Below, in pieces: positions 1-8,283 of a DNA stretch of 19,616 nt. The translations under genes were made by a program, and so were the position numbers. Origin of the DNA: Bdellovibrionales bacterium (lineage in GTDB: Bacteria; Bdellovibrionota; Bdellovibrionia; Bdellovibrionales; UBA840); NCBI GenBank assembly GCA_037969075.1, contig JBBKWS010000199.1, forward strand, positions 1 to 19,616. Direction: 5' to 3'. The notes beneath the pieces were generated by a model, which saw only the letters and a list, made by a program, of their open reading frames with translations, was not told where the DNA came from and made no database searches. Position 1 is the first letter of the stretch. Every line of letters begins with the position of its first letter.

Positions 1-1169
1 GGTGTTCGCAAATTATGAGGGTGATCTCCCTCTATCAAGTTAAATCTAGCAATACGCATCTCTCTGTCTTCTAATGATGTACCTTCAGGAAAATTAACTC
101 GTAACTGTATTCGGTACCCTGATATTTCGTTCATTTTACTACTCATCGATGGGTGAATACCTTCAACAGTCCCGCCTAACATGTGTTTTAAGACGTATTC
201 ATAGGTAGGGTGACCACAATAATTATCGATACTGCAATCTTTTGGAAGATAAGCAAGGTCAAAAAACTCATCCGCTACGGGGCTTGCATGAATAGCAGGA
301 ACAATAAATAAGCGTGAGAATTTTGATTCAAACTTATCATTGAATAGAATGCGATTTGTTTTTTTACTAGGATCTTCGAGATAATAAATAGAATCATAAT
401 TTCCACTAGGTATATCAACGGCCATATCACTTTCATAATGATATTTACCAAAGACAAAAGGGCGTAGTTTTTTAAACCACACTGATTTGCCATTGCTTTT
501 TTCTTCTAGCATTCTATAAAAATTCGCAATCCCAACAACATTTAGACTTCGAATTCTGCTTGTCATGATTTCTGCTCTAGCAGCGTCATTTTTAACTAGT
601 TTCACTGTATTCTGTCTGAATCTTTCTATGGTTTTACTACCTAAGGCCATCTCTACTAGCTGTCTTTCTCCTAAAGCGCCAATAATCCCCTTACTAGACA
701 GCCTATCCATAATTTTTCCCAAATGAGGATTTTCTAAATACATACTAGCTATTTTTGATCCCCAAAAAGGTGTGCCTAAAGTAATAAATGAATCAATTCT
801 ATCAGCATATTCAGAGTGAAATTCTGGAGATTCAATAGAAGCATGATAATACCAAATAGTAGCAACCAAGCCACCTTGAGAATGAACAATAAATGAAATT
901 TTGTCTTCAGCCTTTAAACTACCCACTAATTTCTCATGCATGTAAGCATCAAACTCTTTCGCAAAATCATCTGTAGTAAGTGATTTATCTTCGGTCTTAT
1001 AACTATATATATGGGACTTAACTTTATACTCAGGTTGCCTAGATTCAAGGTCGCCAACAATAGTTTGTGGCATAGCACCAAAAGACTGGTCATTACCACC
1101 TATTCCGTGGAGAAAAAATATATGGTGATCCGCAGACCATAAGAAACTTAACAATAATAGTATAAACAT
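1..1169 (-). CDS. Putative secreted alpha/beta-hydrolase (lipase/esterase, PGAP1/DUF676-like); 3' end lies outside the window
   Basis: Manual translation from ATG at 1169 stays open to the window edge (about 389 codons): MFILLLLSFLWSADHHIFFLHGIGG...ISFIVHSQGGLVA...FITLGTPFWGS...YESDMAV...PAIHASP. The HG oxyanion motif, x-H-S-x-G nucleophile elbow (Ser97) and LGTP..GS motif are typical of this fold. The N-terminus is hydrophobic and signal-like. Absent from the ORF track because there is no stop in the window. Confidence 0.88.
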   Translation of the reverse strand, partial: MFILLLLSFLWSADHHIFFLHGIGGNDQSFGAMPQTIVGDLESRQPEYKVKSHIYSYKTEDKSLTTDDFAKEFDAYMHEKLVGSLKAEDKISFIVHSQGGLVATIWYYHASIESPEFHSEYADRIDSFITLGTPFWGSKIASMYLENPHLGKIMDRLSSKGIIGALGERQLVEMALGSKTIERFRQNTVKLVKNDAARAEIMTSRIRSLNVVGIANFYRMLEEKSNGKSVWFKKLRPFVFGKYHYESDMAVDIPSGNYDSIYYLEDPSKKTNRILFNDKFESKFSRLFIVPAIHASPVADEFFDLAYLPKDCSIDNYCGHPTYEYVLKHMLGGTVEGIHPSMSSKMNEISGYRIQLRVNFPEGTSLEDREMRIARFNLIEGDHPHNLRT

Positions 1170-1181
1170 ATGCCGTATTGA

Positions 1182-1197
1182 AGCAATCCTTATGCCA
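1182..1197 (-). promoter_or_regulatory. Putative sigma-54 (RpoN) -24/-12 promoter of the hydrolase gene
   Basis: Minus strand reads TGGCATAAGGATTGCT: exact GG-N10-GC spacing with TGGCA and TTGCW flanks, ending 12 nt before the ATG at 1169. Confidence 0.7.
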
Positions 1198-1268
1198 CGC
1201 CGAAATCTATTGTCTTTTCGTAAACAAAATAATACTGACAATATTTGGCAATATTAAAAATATTATGA

Positions 1269-2552
1269 CTAAGATTGTATTACTGAATTTTTCTTGAGAA
1301 CAAGATACATGAAAAGATTAAAAATACCTAAGAGTAGAAAAATCTCAGGGATTTTGATTTGAAATTTTAATAGCCCCATAACCAATAGAGAACTAATCAC
1401 CATAAAGAGTGCATTTAAAATATTATTTCCTGCAATCACTCTAGACAAGTGAGAAGCATCACACCACTTTTGGATTAAAGCATAGAGAGGAACTATATAA
1501 ATCCCACCCGAAGCGGCAAACAACACCATAGAAATCAATATAAACCAGTTTTTAGGAACCGACAAAAACTGAGAGACTGTATATAAGTGCATAGGCATAG
1601 CAGCATCTTTTGGACTTAAAAAATACAAAATCACTGCAAATATAGACATCCCTGCAAGACCAACAGGAACCAATCTTCCATTTACTTCATTCTTAGAGAG
1701 CTTTTCACACAAAAAAGAACCTAGGCCAATACCAACAGAAAAGCAGGCTAAAAATAGATTTACGACGTACTCATTTCCAAAAAGGTATTCTTTTCCATAA
1801 GAGGGAAAGAGTGAAAGGTAGCTCGCCCCAATAAACCAAAACCAAGAAATCCCGACTACTGACAAATACACATTTCTCTTAGATTTTATAAATGTAATAA
1901 CCTTATAGGTTTCTGAAAACACATTGTAATTGATTTTTTGTTTTGTAGCCTTGGATGGAATGTTTTGAATCTTTAATGACGACAGCCAACCAAAGATCGC
2001 AAATAAGATAATACCAAAGCAAACTATATATTCCCCGTATTCTGGGTAAGCTATAGCTCCACCACCTAAAATTGTCCCGAACAAAATGGCTAAAAAAGTT
2101 CCCGCCCCTATCAGAGCATTTCCAGCTATTAACTCTGACTCTGGTAAAATCTGCGGAACAATAGAATACTTTACAGGACCAAAAATAGCCGACTGAAATC
2201 CCATTAAAAACAAAACAAATAATAAAAAGTATATTTTCCCACTTAAAAAGCCAATTACACCCAATGACATTACTATGATTTCAAATAATTTTACCCAGCG
2301 AATCAGTTTTGATTTTTCCATTTGATCTGCAATTTGCCCAGCGGTAGCTGAAAATAAGAAAAAAGGCAGAATAAAAATCCCTGCACTCATAGTTACTAGT
2401 ATACTAGCAGGAAGATCAACGGCAGCAGCTGCTTTAAATGTAATTAGGATTACCAGCGCATTTTTAAAAAAATTATCGTTAAAAGCCCCAAAAAATTGTG
2501 TCCAAAAAAATGGGGAAAAATTTTTAGCTGTTAAAAGCTTAAGAGATTTCAT
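1269..2552 (-). CDS. MFS transporter, LplT / Aas-associated lysophospholipid transporter-like
   Basis: 427 aa with about 12 hydrophobic segments. Motifs [57 protein letters not shown] and [16 protein letters not shown] match this family. The start overlaps the fumC stop (ATGA). Confidence 0.85.
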   Translation of the reverse strand: MKSLKLLTAKNFSPFFWTQFFGAFNDNFFKNALVILITFKAAAAVDLPASILVTMSAGIFILPFFLFSATAGQIADQMEKSKLIRWVKLFEIIVMSLGVIGFLSGKIYFLLFVLFLMGFQSAIFGPVKYSIVPQILPESELIAGNALIGAGTFLAILFGTILGGGAIAYPEYGEYIVCFGIILFAIFGWLSSLKIQNIPSKATKQKINYNVFSETYKVITFIKSKRNVYLSVVGISWFWFIGASYLSLFPSYGKEYLFGNEYVVNLFLACFSVGIGLGSFLCEKLSKNEVNGRLVPVGLAGMSIFAVILYFLSPKDAAMPMHLYTVSQFLSVPKNWFILISMVLFAASGGIYIVPLYALIQKWCDASHLSRVIAGNNILNALFMVISSLLVMGLLKFQIKIPEIFLLLGIFNLFMYLVLKKNSVIQS

Positions 2553-3943
2553 GAACCAATAGGTCCAATCATACTCTCTGGTTTTACAAATTTATCAAAA
2601 TCCTCCGCAGACAGAAGACCTAACTTTACCGCTTCTTCTTTTAATGTAGTTCCATTTTGATAAGCCGTTTTTGCAATCTTTGCTGCGTTATCGTAACCAA
2701 TATGAGGGTTAAGCGCTGTTACAAGCATCAATGAATTATCTAAATGCTTTTTAATAACTGGTAAATTTGGTTCAATGCCATCGATGCAATGCAAAGTAAA
2801 ACTCTCGCTTGCATCTGCAAGCAATCGAATCGAGTTCAAAACATTAAAAACAATGACTGGCTTAAATACATTCAATTCAAAGTGACCATTAGATCCAGCC
2901 ACTCCAACAGCAACATCATTTCCTAAAACTTGCGCTGCAACCATTGTTATAGCTTCACACTGTGTAGGGTTTACTTTACCTGGCATAATAGAAGACCCTG
3001 GCTCATTTGCTGGCAATATCAATTCACCAAACCCTGATCTGGGTCCACTGCCAAGCAATCTAACATCATTTGCAATTTTCATTAATGAACATGCTAACAC
3101 ACGTAGGGCTCCACTGACTTCAACAAGTGCGTCGTGACTAGCTAGAGCTTCAAATTTATTTTCGGCAGTTATAAACGGAAGGTTTGTTTCTTTAGCTATC
3201 GCTTTCGCGGCAAGCACAGCAAAATCCTTATGGGTATTAAGTCCCGTCCCAACAGCGGTCCCGCCCAGTGCCAATTCATAAGCATAGGGAAGTGTGTTCT
3301 TTATTCGATTAATCCCATGGCGAATCTGAGTGGCATAACCTGAAAACTCTTGCCCTAAAGTAAGAGGCGTCGCATCCATTAAATGTGTTCTACCAATTTT
3401 AACAATGGATTTCATAGATTTTGATTTAGCTTCTAATGAAGAGGCTAATTTATCTAACATTGGAAGTAAGCGTCTATGAATTTCAGACACTACTGCAATA
3501 TGCATAGCTGTCGGAAACGTATCGTTCGAAGATTGACCTTTATTTACATCATCGTTTGGATGAACGGGCTCTTTACTACCCATTTTTCCCCCAGCAATCT
3601 CAATCGCTCGATTTGAAATTACTTCGTTTGCGTTCATATTAGTTTGGGTTCCACTTCCCGTTTGCCAAACAACCAATGGAAAATGCGCATCTAGTTTGCC
3701 GGCAATCACTTCGTCTGCAGCCTCTATAATTAATTTAGCTTTTTTTTCATCTAATAATTTTAAATCTCTATTAGTAAGTGCCGCCGCTTTTTTTAAGATA
3801 CCAAGGGCTCTGATCATTTCTCTGGGAAAACGATCACCACCAATTTTGAAGTTCTCAATCGATCTTTGCGTCTGTGCACCCCAATACATATCAGCTGGTA
3901 CATTAACCTCACCCATAGTGTCTTTTTCAATTCGAAACGACAT
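2549..3943 (-). CDS. fumC: Fumarate hydratase class II
   Basis: Motifs [49 protein letters not shown] and the signature [11 protein letters not shown]. Start moved from 4006 to the ATG at 3943 (MSFRIEK, 464 aa) because GGAGG lies just upstream and family similarity begins there. Confidence 0.97.
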   Translation of the reverse strand: MSFRIEKDTMGEVNVPADMYWGAQTQRSIENFKIGGDRFPREMIRALGILKKAAALTNRDLKLLDEKKAKLIIEAADEVIAGKLDAHFPLVVWQTGSGTQTNMNANEVISNRAIEIAGGKMGSKEPVHPNDDVNKGQSSNDTFPTAMHIAVVSEIHRRLLPMLDKLASSLEAKSKSMKSIVKIGRTHLMDATPLTLGQEFSGYATQIRHGINRIKNTLPYAYELALGGTAVGTGLNTHKDFAVLAAKAIAKETNLPFITAENKFEALASHDALVEVSGALRVLACSLMKIANDVRLLGSGPRSGFGELILPANEPGSSIMPGKVNPTQCEAITMVAAQVLGNDVAVGVAGSNGHFELNVFKPVIVFNVLNSIRLLADASESFTLHCIDGIEPNLPVIKKHLDNSLMLVTALNPHIGYDNAAKIAKTAYQNGTTLKEEAVKLGLLSAEDFDKFVKPESMIGPIGS

Positions 3944-4052
3944 GAAACCTCCAAGTTCTTCAAATCTAGATGAAGCTAGAGTAGCTATGTTTTGGAGGGC
4001 TTTCAAAATATTTTATTAGTATAAAGCTTAACGCAAGGCACCCTAGTGCATT

Positions 4053-5030
4053 CTAGAATGTATCGTCTTCTTTATAACCCTTCTCGGTGAGTTGTGAAAC
4101 AATTTCTCTAATTGTTCCTATAGAGATGGGACTATTATAAGCTTTTAACAATGAATCTAATTGTTCAGGACTTTTGACTCCAACTAGAGCTGTATCTAAA
4201 AAATCTTTCCATTGCAGAGAAAACCAAAGGGCAAATTGCTGTAAGCTATAGCCTCTCGGCTCTAATAAATTTTGCAACGATTGAACAAGCTCAAATTTTT
4301 TAGTCTTATTTTGCGATTTCCACCAAGGAGCCCACGACCTAGCGTCACTTGTATCAAACTTGCGAGACTCAGTTACCCTGCCCGTAAGTATCCCCTTATC
4401 AAAAGTACCATAGCCCATTCTGTAAATGGTGCCAGCCTTTCCAAAGCCCCCCATGCGCCAATAGGACTCGTTCCATGTAAATAAATTCCAGTTGTCTTGA
4501 AGAGCATCAATACGGCATATGCTAGATGCTTTCTTAAAGTCATCCTCATTAGTATTACATAAACCAATAAAACGAATTTTGCCTTGTTCTTTTGCCTTTA
4601 TTAAAACTTCTATAGCAGGCCTGATATCGTGTCTATCATCAGGCCAATGAATCATATATAAATCGATATAATCAGACTGTAGGTCTTTTAAACTTTGCGT
4701 GAGCATTTTAGCAATCACATCGGGATGATTGTTTTTATCTACGCGTTTCGTATCATTCCAAGTAACGCCGGCTTTAGAAACAATAAATACATCTTCACGT
4801 CTTGATCCAAATGCCTTACCAATTCGTTTTTCAGACTCACCAAATCCATATATTGGAGCTGTGTCAAACACGCGGATCCCATTATCATACGACAAATGTA
4901 GTAATTTAATGGCGTCAGTCTCGGCTATAGTGCCAAAGCCGTAGCCCCCACCCTCACCACTTATAGAAGCCGCGCCAAAACCAATAGGAAAATCAGGAAA
5001 CCCAACCATAACCAATGAATAACACGACAA
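4053..5030 (-). CDS. Aldo/keto reductase
   Basis: Motifs VFDTAPIYGFGESE, IVSKAG, SLKDLQSDYIDLYMIHWPD, GKIRFIG and KGILTGR; the Asp/Tyr/Lys/His tetrad residues are present. Start is uncertain (TTG 5030 or ATG 5009). Confidence 0.92.
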   Translation of the reverse strand: MSCYSLVMVGFPDFPIGFGAASISGEGGGYGFGTIAETDAIKLLHLSYDNGIRVFDTAPIYGFGESEKRIGKAFGSRREDVFIVSKAGVTWNDTKRVDKNNHPDVIAKMLTQSLKDLQSDYIDLYMIHWPDDRHDIRPAIEVLIKAKEQGKIRFIGLCNTNEDDFKKASSICRIDALQDNWNLFTWNESYWRMGGFGKAGTIYRMGYGTFDKGILTGRVTESRKFDTSDARSWAPWWKSQNKTKKFELVQSLQNLLEPRGYSLQQFALWFSLQWKDFLDTALVGVKSPEQLDSLLKAYNSPISIGTIREIVSQLTEKGYKEDDTF

Positions 5031-5079
5031 AAAAGAATAAACACTTAATTTATCTCAATTTTTAAGCTATAGAGCTAAT

Positions 5080-6081
5080 ATGCAAGTTCTATGTTTTGCT
5101 CACAGATTAGAAGCACTGGCTTTTTTTGACTATTCTCAATGTCAAAATCTTAGGCCGAATGTATTTAAATCCGAGGATTTTTACATCTTGATTACTAATG
5201 AGGGAATGCAGGCAGCAACCGAAAGTTTAACTGAGTTTTTGGCCCTAACTCTCGAAATTACTAGTGTAATTAATTTAGGCGCAGCCGCAGGAAACCTAAA
5301 CACTTTAAATATAAATCAAGTCTATCCCGTTAGAACACTGTATCGTCAAAAAGCAGATACAAGTATGGAGTTCACCTCATTTACTACAAAAAATGTAGAG
5401 GCAAATAGCGATATCATCAGCGCGGAAAGCAGAATTCAATCAGAAACTGAGTCTGAAAAACTTTTTTCATTTGCGCAGATCATTGACAGAGAGGCTTGGG
5501 CACTAGCATCTGTCAGTAAGAGATTTAAAAAAGATTTTTATTGCTTTAAATATATTAGTGACGATGCCACCCAAAAAGCCTGCTCGCAAGTTAGAGATAT
5601 AGCGGATAAAATTTCAAAGAGTTTATTAGAAACTTATTTAAGCTTTCAGCCAAACACTAAGACAATAAAGCAAATAGATTTGCCTGATGGCTATCATTTT
5701 ACCTTTACACAAAAAAATGACTTCGAAAAACTTTTGCAAAAGATATCTTTACAAAAAAACATTGCACCTGAAAATATTTTAACTGCCCTACCTGCATTTG
5801 ATGCTAAAAAACCAAAAGATCGCACAAAGTTATTACTAGAATTTCTTTTTGAACAACTAGATCCTTTTACGCACAAAATTCGCAATCAATTAAACCAACT
5901 AACATCACCATACCAAAATGAAAGCCTAAAGATAACTTATGATAAAACATTAGAAAGTGATGAGCTTGAATTACATCTAAAATTTTCTACACCTGAAGAA
6001 TTAAAAGCTATGATAGAGAACTTAAAAGATTTTCCTTATACATCAATACAAGAGCTCTTACGAGGCAATGATGTGGAGTAA
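5080..6081 (+). CDS. Nucleoside phosphorylase / MTA-SAH nucleosidase-fold protein with an unassigned C-terminal extension of about 140 aa
   Basis: Motifs fall in MTAN order: CFAHRLEA (GAMEEE-like), ITNEGMQAA (GIGKVNAA-like), VINLGAAAG (IINTGSAGG-like), IIDREAWALASV (VEMEATAIAHV-like) and FKYISDDA (VRAISDVA-like). Aligned by eye. Confidence 0.75.
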   Translation: MQVLCFAHRLEALAFFDYSQCQNLRPNVFKSEDFYILITNEGMQAATESLTEFLALTLEITSVINLGAAAGNLNTLNINQVYPVRTLYRQKADTSMEFTSFTTKNVEANSDIISAESRIQSETESEKLFSFAQIIDREAWALASVSKRFKKDFYCFKYISDDATQKACSQVRDIADKISKSLLETYLSFQPNTKTIKQIDLPDGYHFTFTQKNDFEKLLQKISLQKNIAPENILTALPAFDAKKPKDRTKLLLEFLFEQLDPFTHKIRNQLNQLTSPYQNESLKITYDKTLESDELELHLKFSTPEELKAMIENLKDFPYTSIQELLRGNDVE

Positions 6082-7072
6082 AATACTAATTGAAAATAAA
6101 CTTAAGGATCACCCGAGAGCCATAGAGGTTTTAAAACGATTCAGTAATAGCCCCACTGATTACATCGATTCTTATGAAAACTACTTTCAAAAGGTAAAAA
6201 AGCCCTACCTACAAAAAAGAGAGAATTTACAACTAATATTAGCAGAGAAAAAAGGTAGTCTTGTAAAACTCACTCCTGCTGCTTACGGCGTAGGAAAAGA
6301 AGCTCACTACTATTTTATACATGCTTATAACTGCATTTATGAATGCCAATACTGCTATTTGCAAGGCTACTTTCAATCACCTGACATAGTCCTTTTTATC
6401 AATCACGAAGATATTATTGAAGAGATCAAACAAATACAGGCCGAGTCTGGTGATACTGTGTGGTTTCATGCCGGAGAATTTAGTGATTCACTTGCGTTAA
6501 GTCATATCACGCAAGAGTGGCCATTATATTGGGACGCATTTAACGTTATGCCCAATGCATTCTTAGAATTAAGAACCAAATCTGCTAATATAAAAGCAAT
6601 AGAAAATTTAGAGCCCTTAGAAAATATTATTATTAGTTTTTCGCTGTCCTCTGAATCTGCCATTAAGGCCTATGACACAAAGACAGCCCCACTAAAAGCT
6701 CGTCTTCGCGCCATGCAAAAACTGATTCAAAAAGGTTTTAAAGTGGGTATCCACTTAGATCCAATCATTGCCACCGAAACTGTGGTTTCGGATTATAAAA
6801 AGCTAATTACTAACTTTAGAGAATACTTTGAACCAAAAGATATTTCATATATCTCTTTAGGAGTGATTCGCTTTACAAAAGATGTGTATCAGCAAGTACA
6901 AAAAAATTACCCTCAATCTGGCATGCTAGGAGGACCTTTTTATACTTCATTTGATAATAAGGTTCGTTACTCGCGCCCATTACGCCTTCACCTGCTAAAG
7001 TCCATTGAGACCTATTTGCACAGTGAAGGTTACAGCAAAGAGCAAGTTTACCTTTGCATGGAAAGAGACTGA
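6068..7072 (+). CDS. Spore photoproduct lyase (SplB)-family radical SAM protein
   Basis: CxxxCxxC motif NCIYECQYCYLQG (C89/C93/C96) with the flanking tyrosines of SPL, plus ELRTKS, GIHLDPII, KVRYSRPLR and a C-terminal YLCME. The start overlaps the upstream gene by 14 nt (second ATG at 6071 is an alternative). Confidence 0.88.
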   Translation: MMWSKILIENKLKDHPRAIEVLKRFSNSPTDYIDSYENYFQKVKKPYLQKRENLQLILAEKKGSLVKLTPAAYGVGKEAHYYFIHAYNCIYECQYCYLQGYFQSPDIVLFINHEDIIEEIKQIQAESGDTVWFHAGEFSDSLALSHITQEWPLYWDAFNVMPNAFLELRTKSANIKAIENLEPLENIIISFSLSSESAIKAYDTKTAPLKARLRAMQKLIQKGFKVGIHLDPIIATETVVSDYKKLITNFREYFEPKDISYISLGVIRFTKDVYQQVQKNYPQSGMLGGPFYTSFDNKVRYSRPLRLHLLKSIETYLHSEGYSKEQVYLCMERD

Positions 7073-8283
7073 AGCTTTTTTATTCTTTCAATCACAGGCG
7101 GATGAGTATACTCAAAAAACACCTTTAGCGGGTGGGGATTTAAGTTAGACAAGCTATCCACACTTAATTTTTTAAGCGCTTCTGCTAGTGCTCCTGGCTC
7201 ACCATACGTTTTTACCGCGTAAGCGTCAGCCTCAAACTCATATTTTCTACTCATATAAAGAGAAACAAGAGAAGTAAGATCCGATATAGGGCTATAGATT
7301 AAGCTAAAAAATACCAGACTAGCATAGACCGTAATATTTTCCATATTAAAAGCCGCGAATACGCTTTCATTTTTCATAAAAAGACCCATTAAAAAAAACA
7401 TAATTCCACTTGAGAAAATAGACACAACTAGATGTCTATGGATATGCTTCATTTTAAAGTGACCAATCTCATGAGCGAGTACCGCCACTAGTTCATTGAT
7501 ACTATGTTTTGAAATCAAGGTGTCAAATAATACAACCCTGCGAAGTTTACCAAAACCCGTAAAAAATGCATTTGCTTTTGATGATCTCTTAGAACCATCC
7601 ATCGAAAAAATGCCCTGCAATTGAAAGTTTTGTTTTTTTGCATACTCATTAATTGCGGATTTAAGCTCTCCATCTGGTAGGGGAATGAATTTATTAAATA
7701 GTGGCATGATAACGACAGGCGCGACAAAAGTAATAAAAATTTGAAAGGCAACAACAGCAACCCAACAATACAACCAAGCCATAGAGCCACTAGATTCAAA
7801 AAACCAAAGAATCAGTGACAATAGTATTCCTCCCAAAATGCTACCCAATGCCAGACCTAAAATTTGATCTTTAATAAAGGTTGCTAGAGTTTGCTTATTA
7901 AAGCCAAATTTCTCTTCGATTACAAATGTATGATAGTACGAAAAAGGAAGTGCTAAAGCCATTGCAGCTAATGCAAAAGCCGCCATAAACAGTAGACCTT
8001 GTAGAATAGGCAGATCCGTCATACTTTGCACCCAATTATCTAATACAGGAAATCCACCCAATACAATAAAGGTGATTAATAAGAATGTAGAAATACTTGA
8101 TTGCACTAAGCCAAATCGAGTATTGGTTTTTAAATATTCTTGTGACTTTTTATATTTCTCTTGATCATAAAGACCTTTAAACTCGTCTGGGATCTCGGCA
8201 GAAACTTTTTTTAAATTTAAAGTTTCAATGGTGATTTCTAATACGTATGAAAACAAAATAATGGCGATTACAAAATATAACAT
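7048..8283 (-). CDS. M48 family membrane zinc metalloprotease (Ste24 / CAAX protease 1-like)
   Basis: Multiple TM helices and motifs IEEKFGFNK, DGSKRSSKANAFFTGFGK, VLAHEIGH (HExxH), SRKYEFEAD and YTHPPVIERI. Confidence 0.95.
   Translation of the reverse strand: MLYFVIAIILFSYVLEITIETLNLKKVSAEIPDEFKGLYDQEKYKKSQEYLKTNTRFGLVQSSISTFLLITFIVLGGFPVLDNWVQSMTDLPILQGLLFMAAFALAAMALALPFSYYHTFVIEEKFGFNKQTLATFIKDQILGLALGSILGGILLSLILWFFESSGSMAWLYCWVAVVAFQIFITFVAPVVIMPLFNKFIPLPDGELKSAINEYAKKQNFQLQGIFSMDGSKRSSKANAFFTGFGKLRRVVLFDTLISKHSINELVAVLAHEIGHFKMKHIHRHLVVSIFSSGIMFFLMGLFMKNESVFAAFNMENITVYASLVFFSLIYSPISDLTSLVSLYMSRKYEFEADAYAVKTYGEPGALAEALKKLSVDSLSNLNPHPLKVFFEYTHPPVIERIKKLQSLSMQR

Noticed and set aside
275..493. 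72-aa minus-strand ORF from the track
   Set aside because: It is an out-of-frame shadow inside the longer alpha/beta-hydrolase frame starting at 1169.
1200..1271. Read-through or frameshift fusion of the MFS gene to an acyltransferase domain
   Set aside because: TAG is followed by TAA two codons later, and the downstream gene is a signal-peptide hydrolase, not PlsC/Aas.
3958..3986. Short inverted repeats in the fumC leader (CTTCA/TGAAG and AGCTA/TAGCT)
   Set aside because: Arms are only 5 bp; not distinguishable from chance and no recognisable operator or riboswitch.
3944..4006. 21-aa N-terminal extension of FumC in the track
   Set aside because: It starts at TTG, and the GGAGG RBS and family similarity point to ATG 3943.
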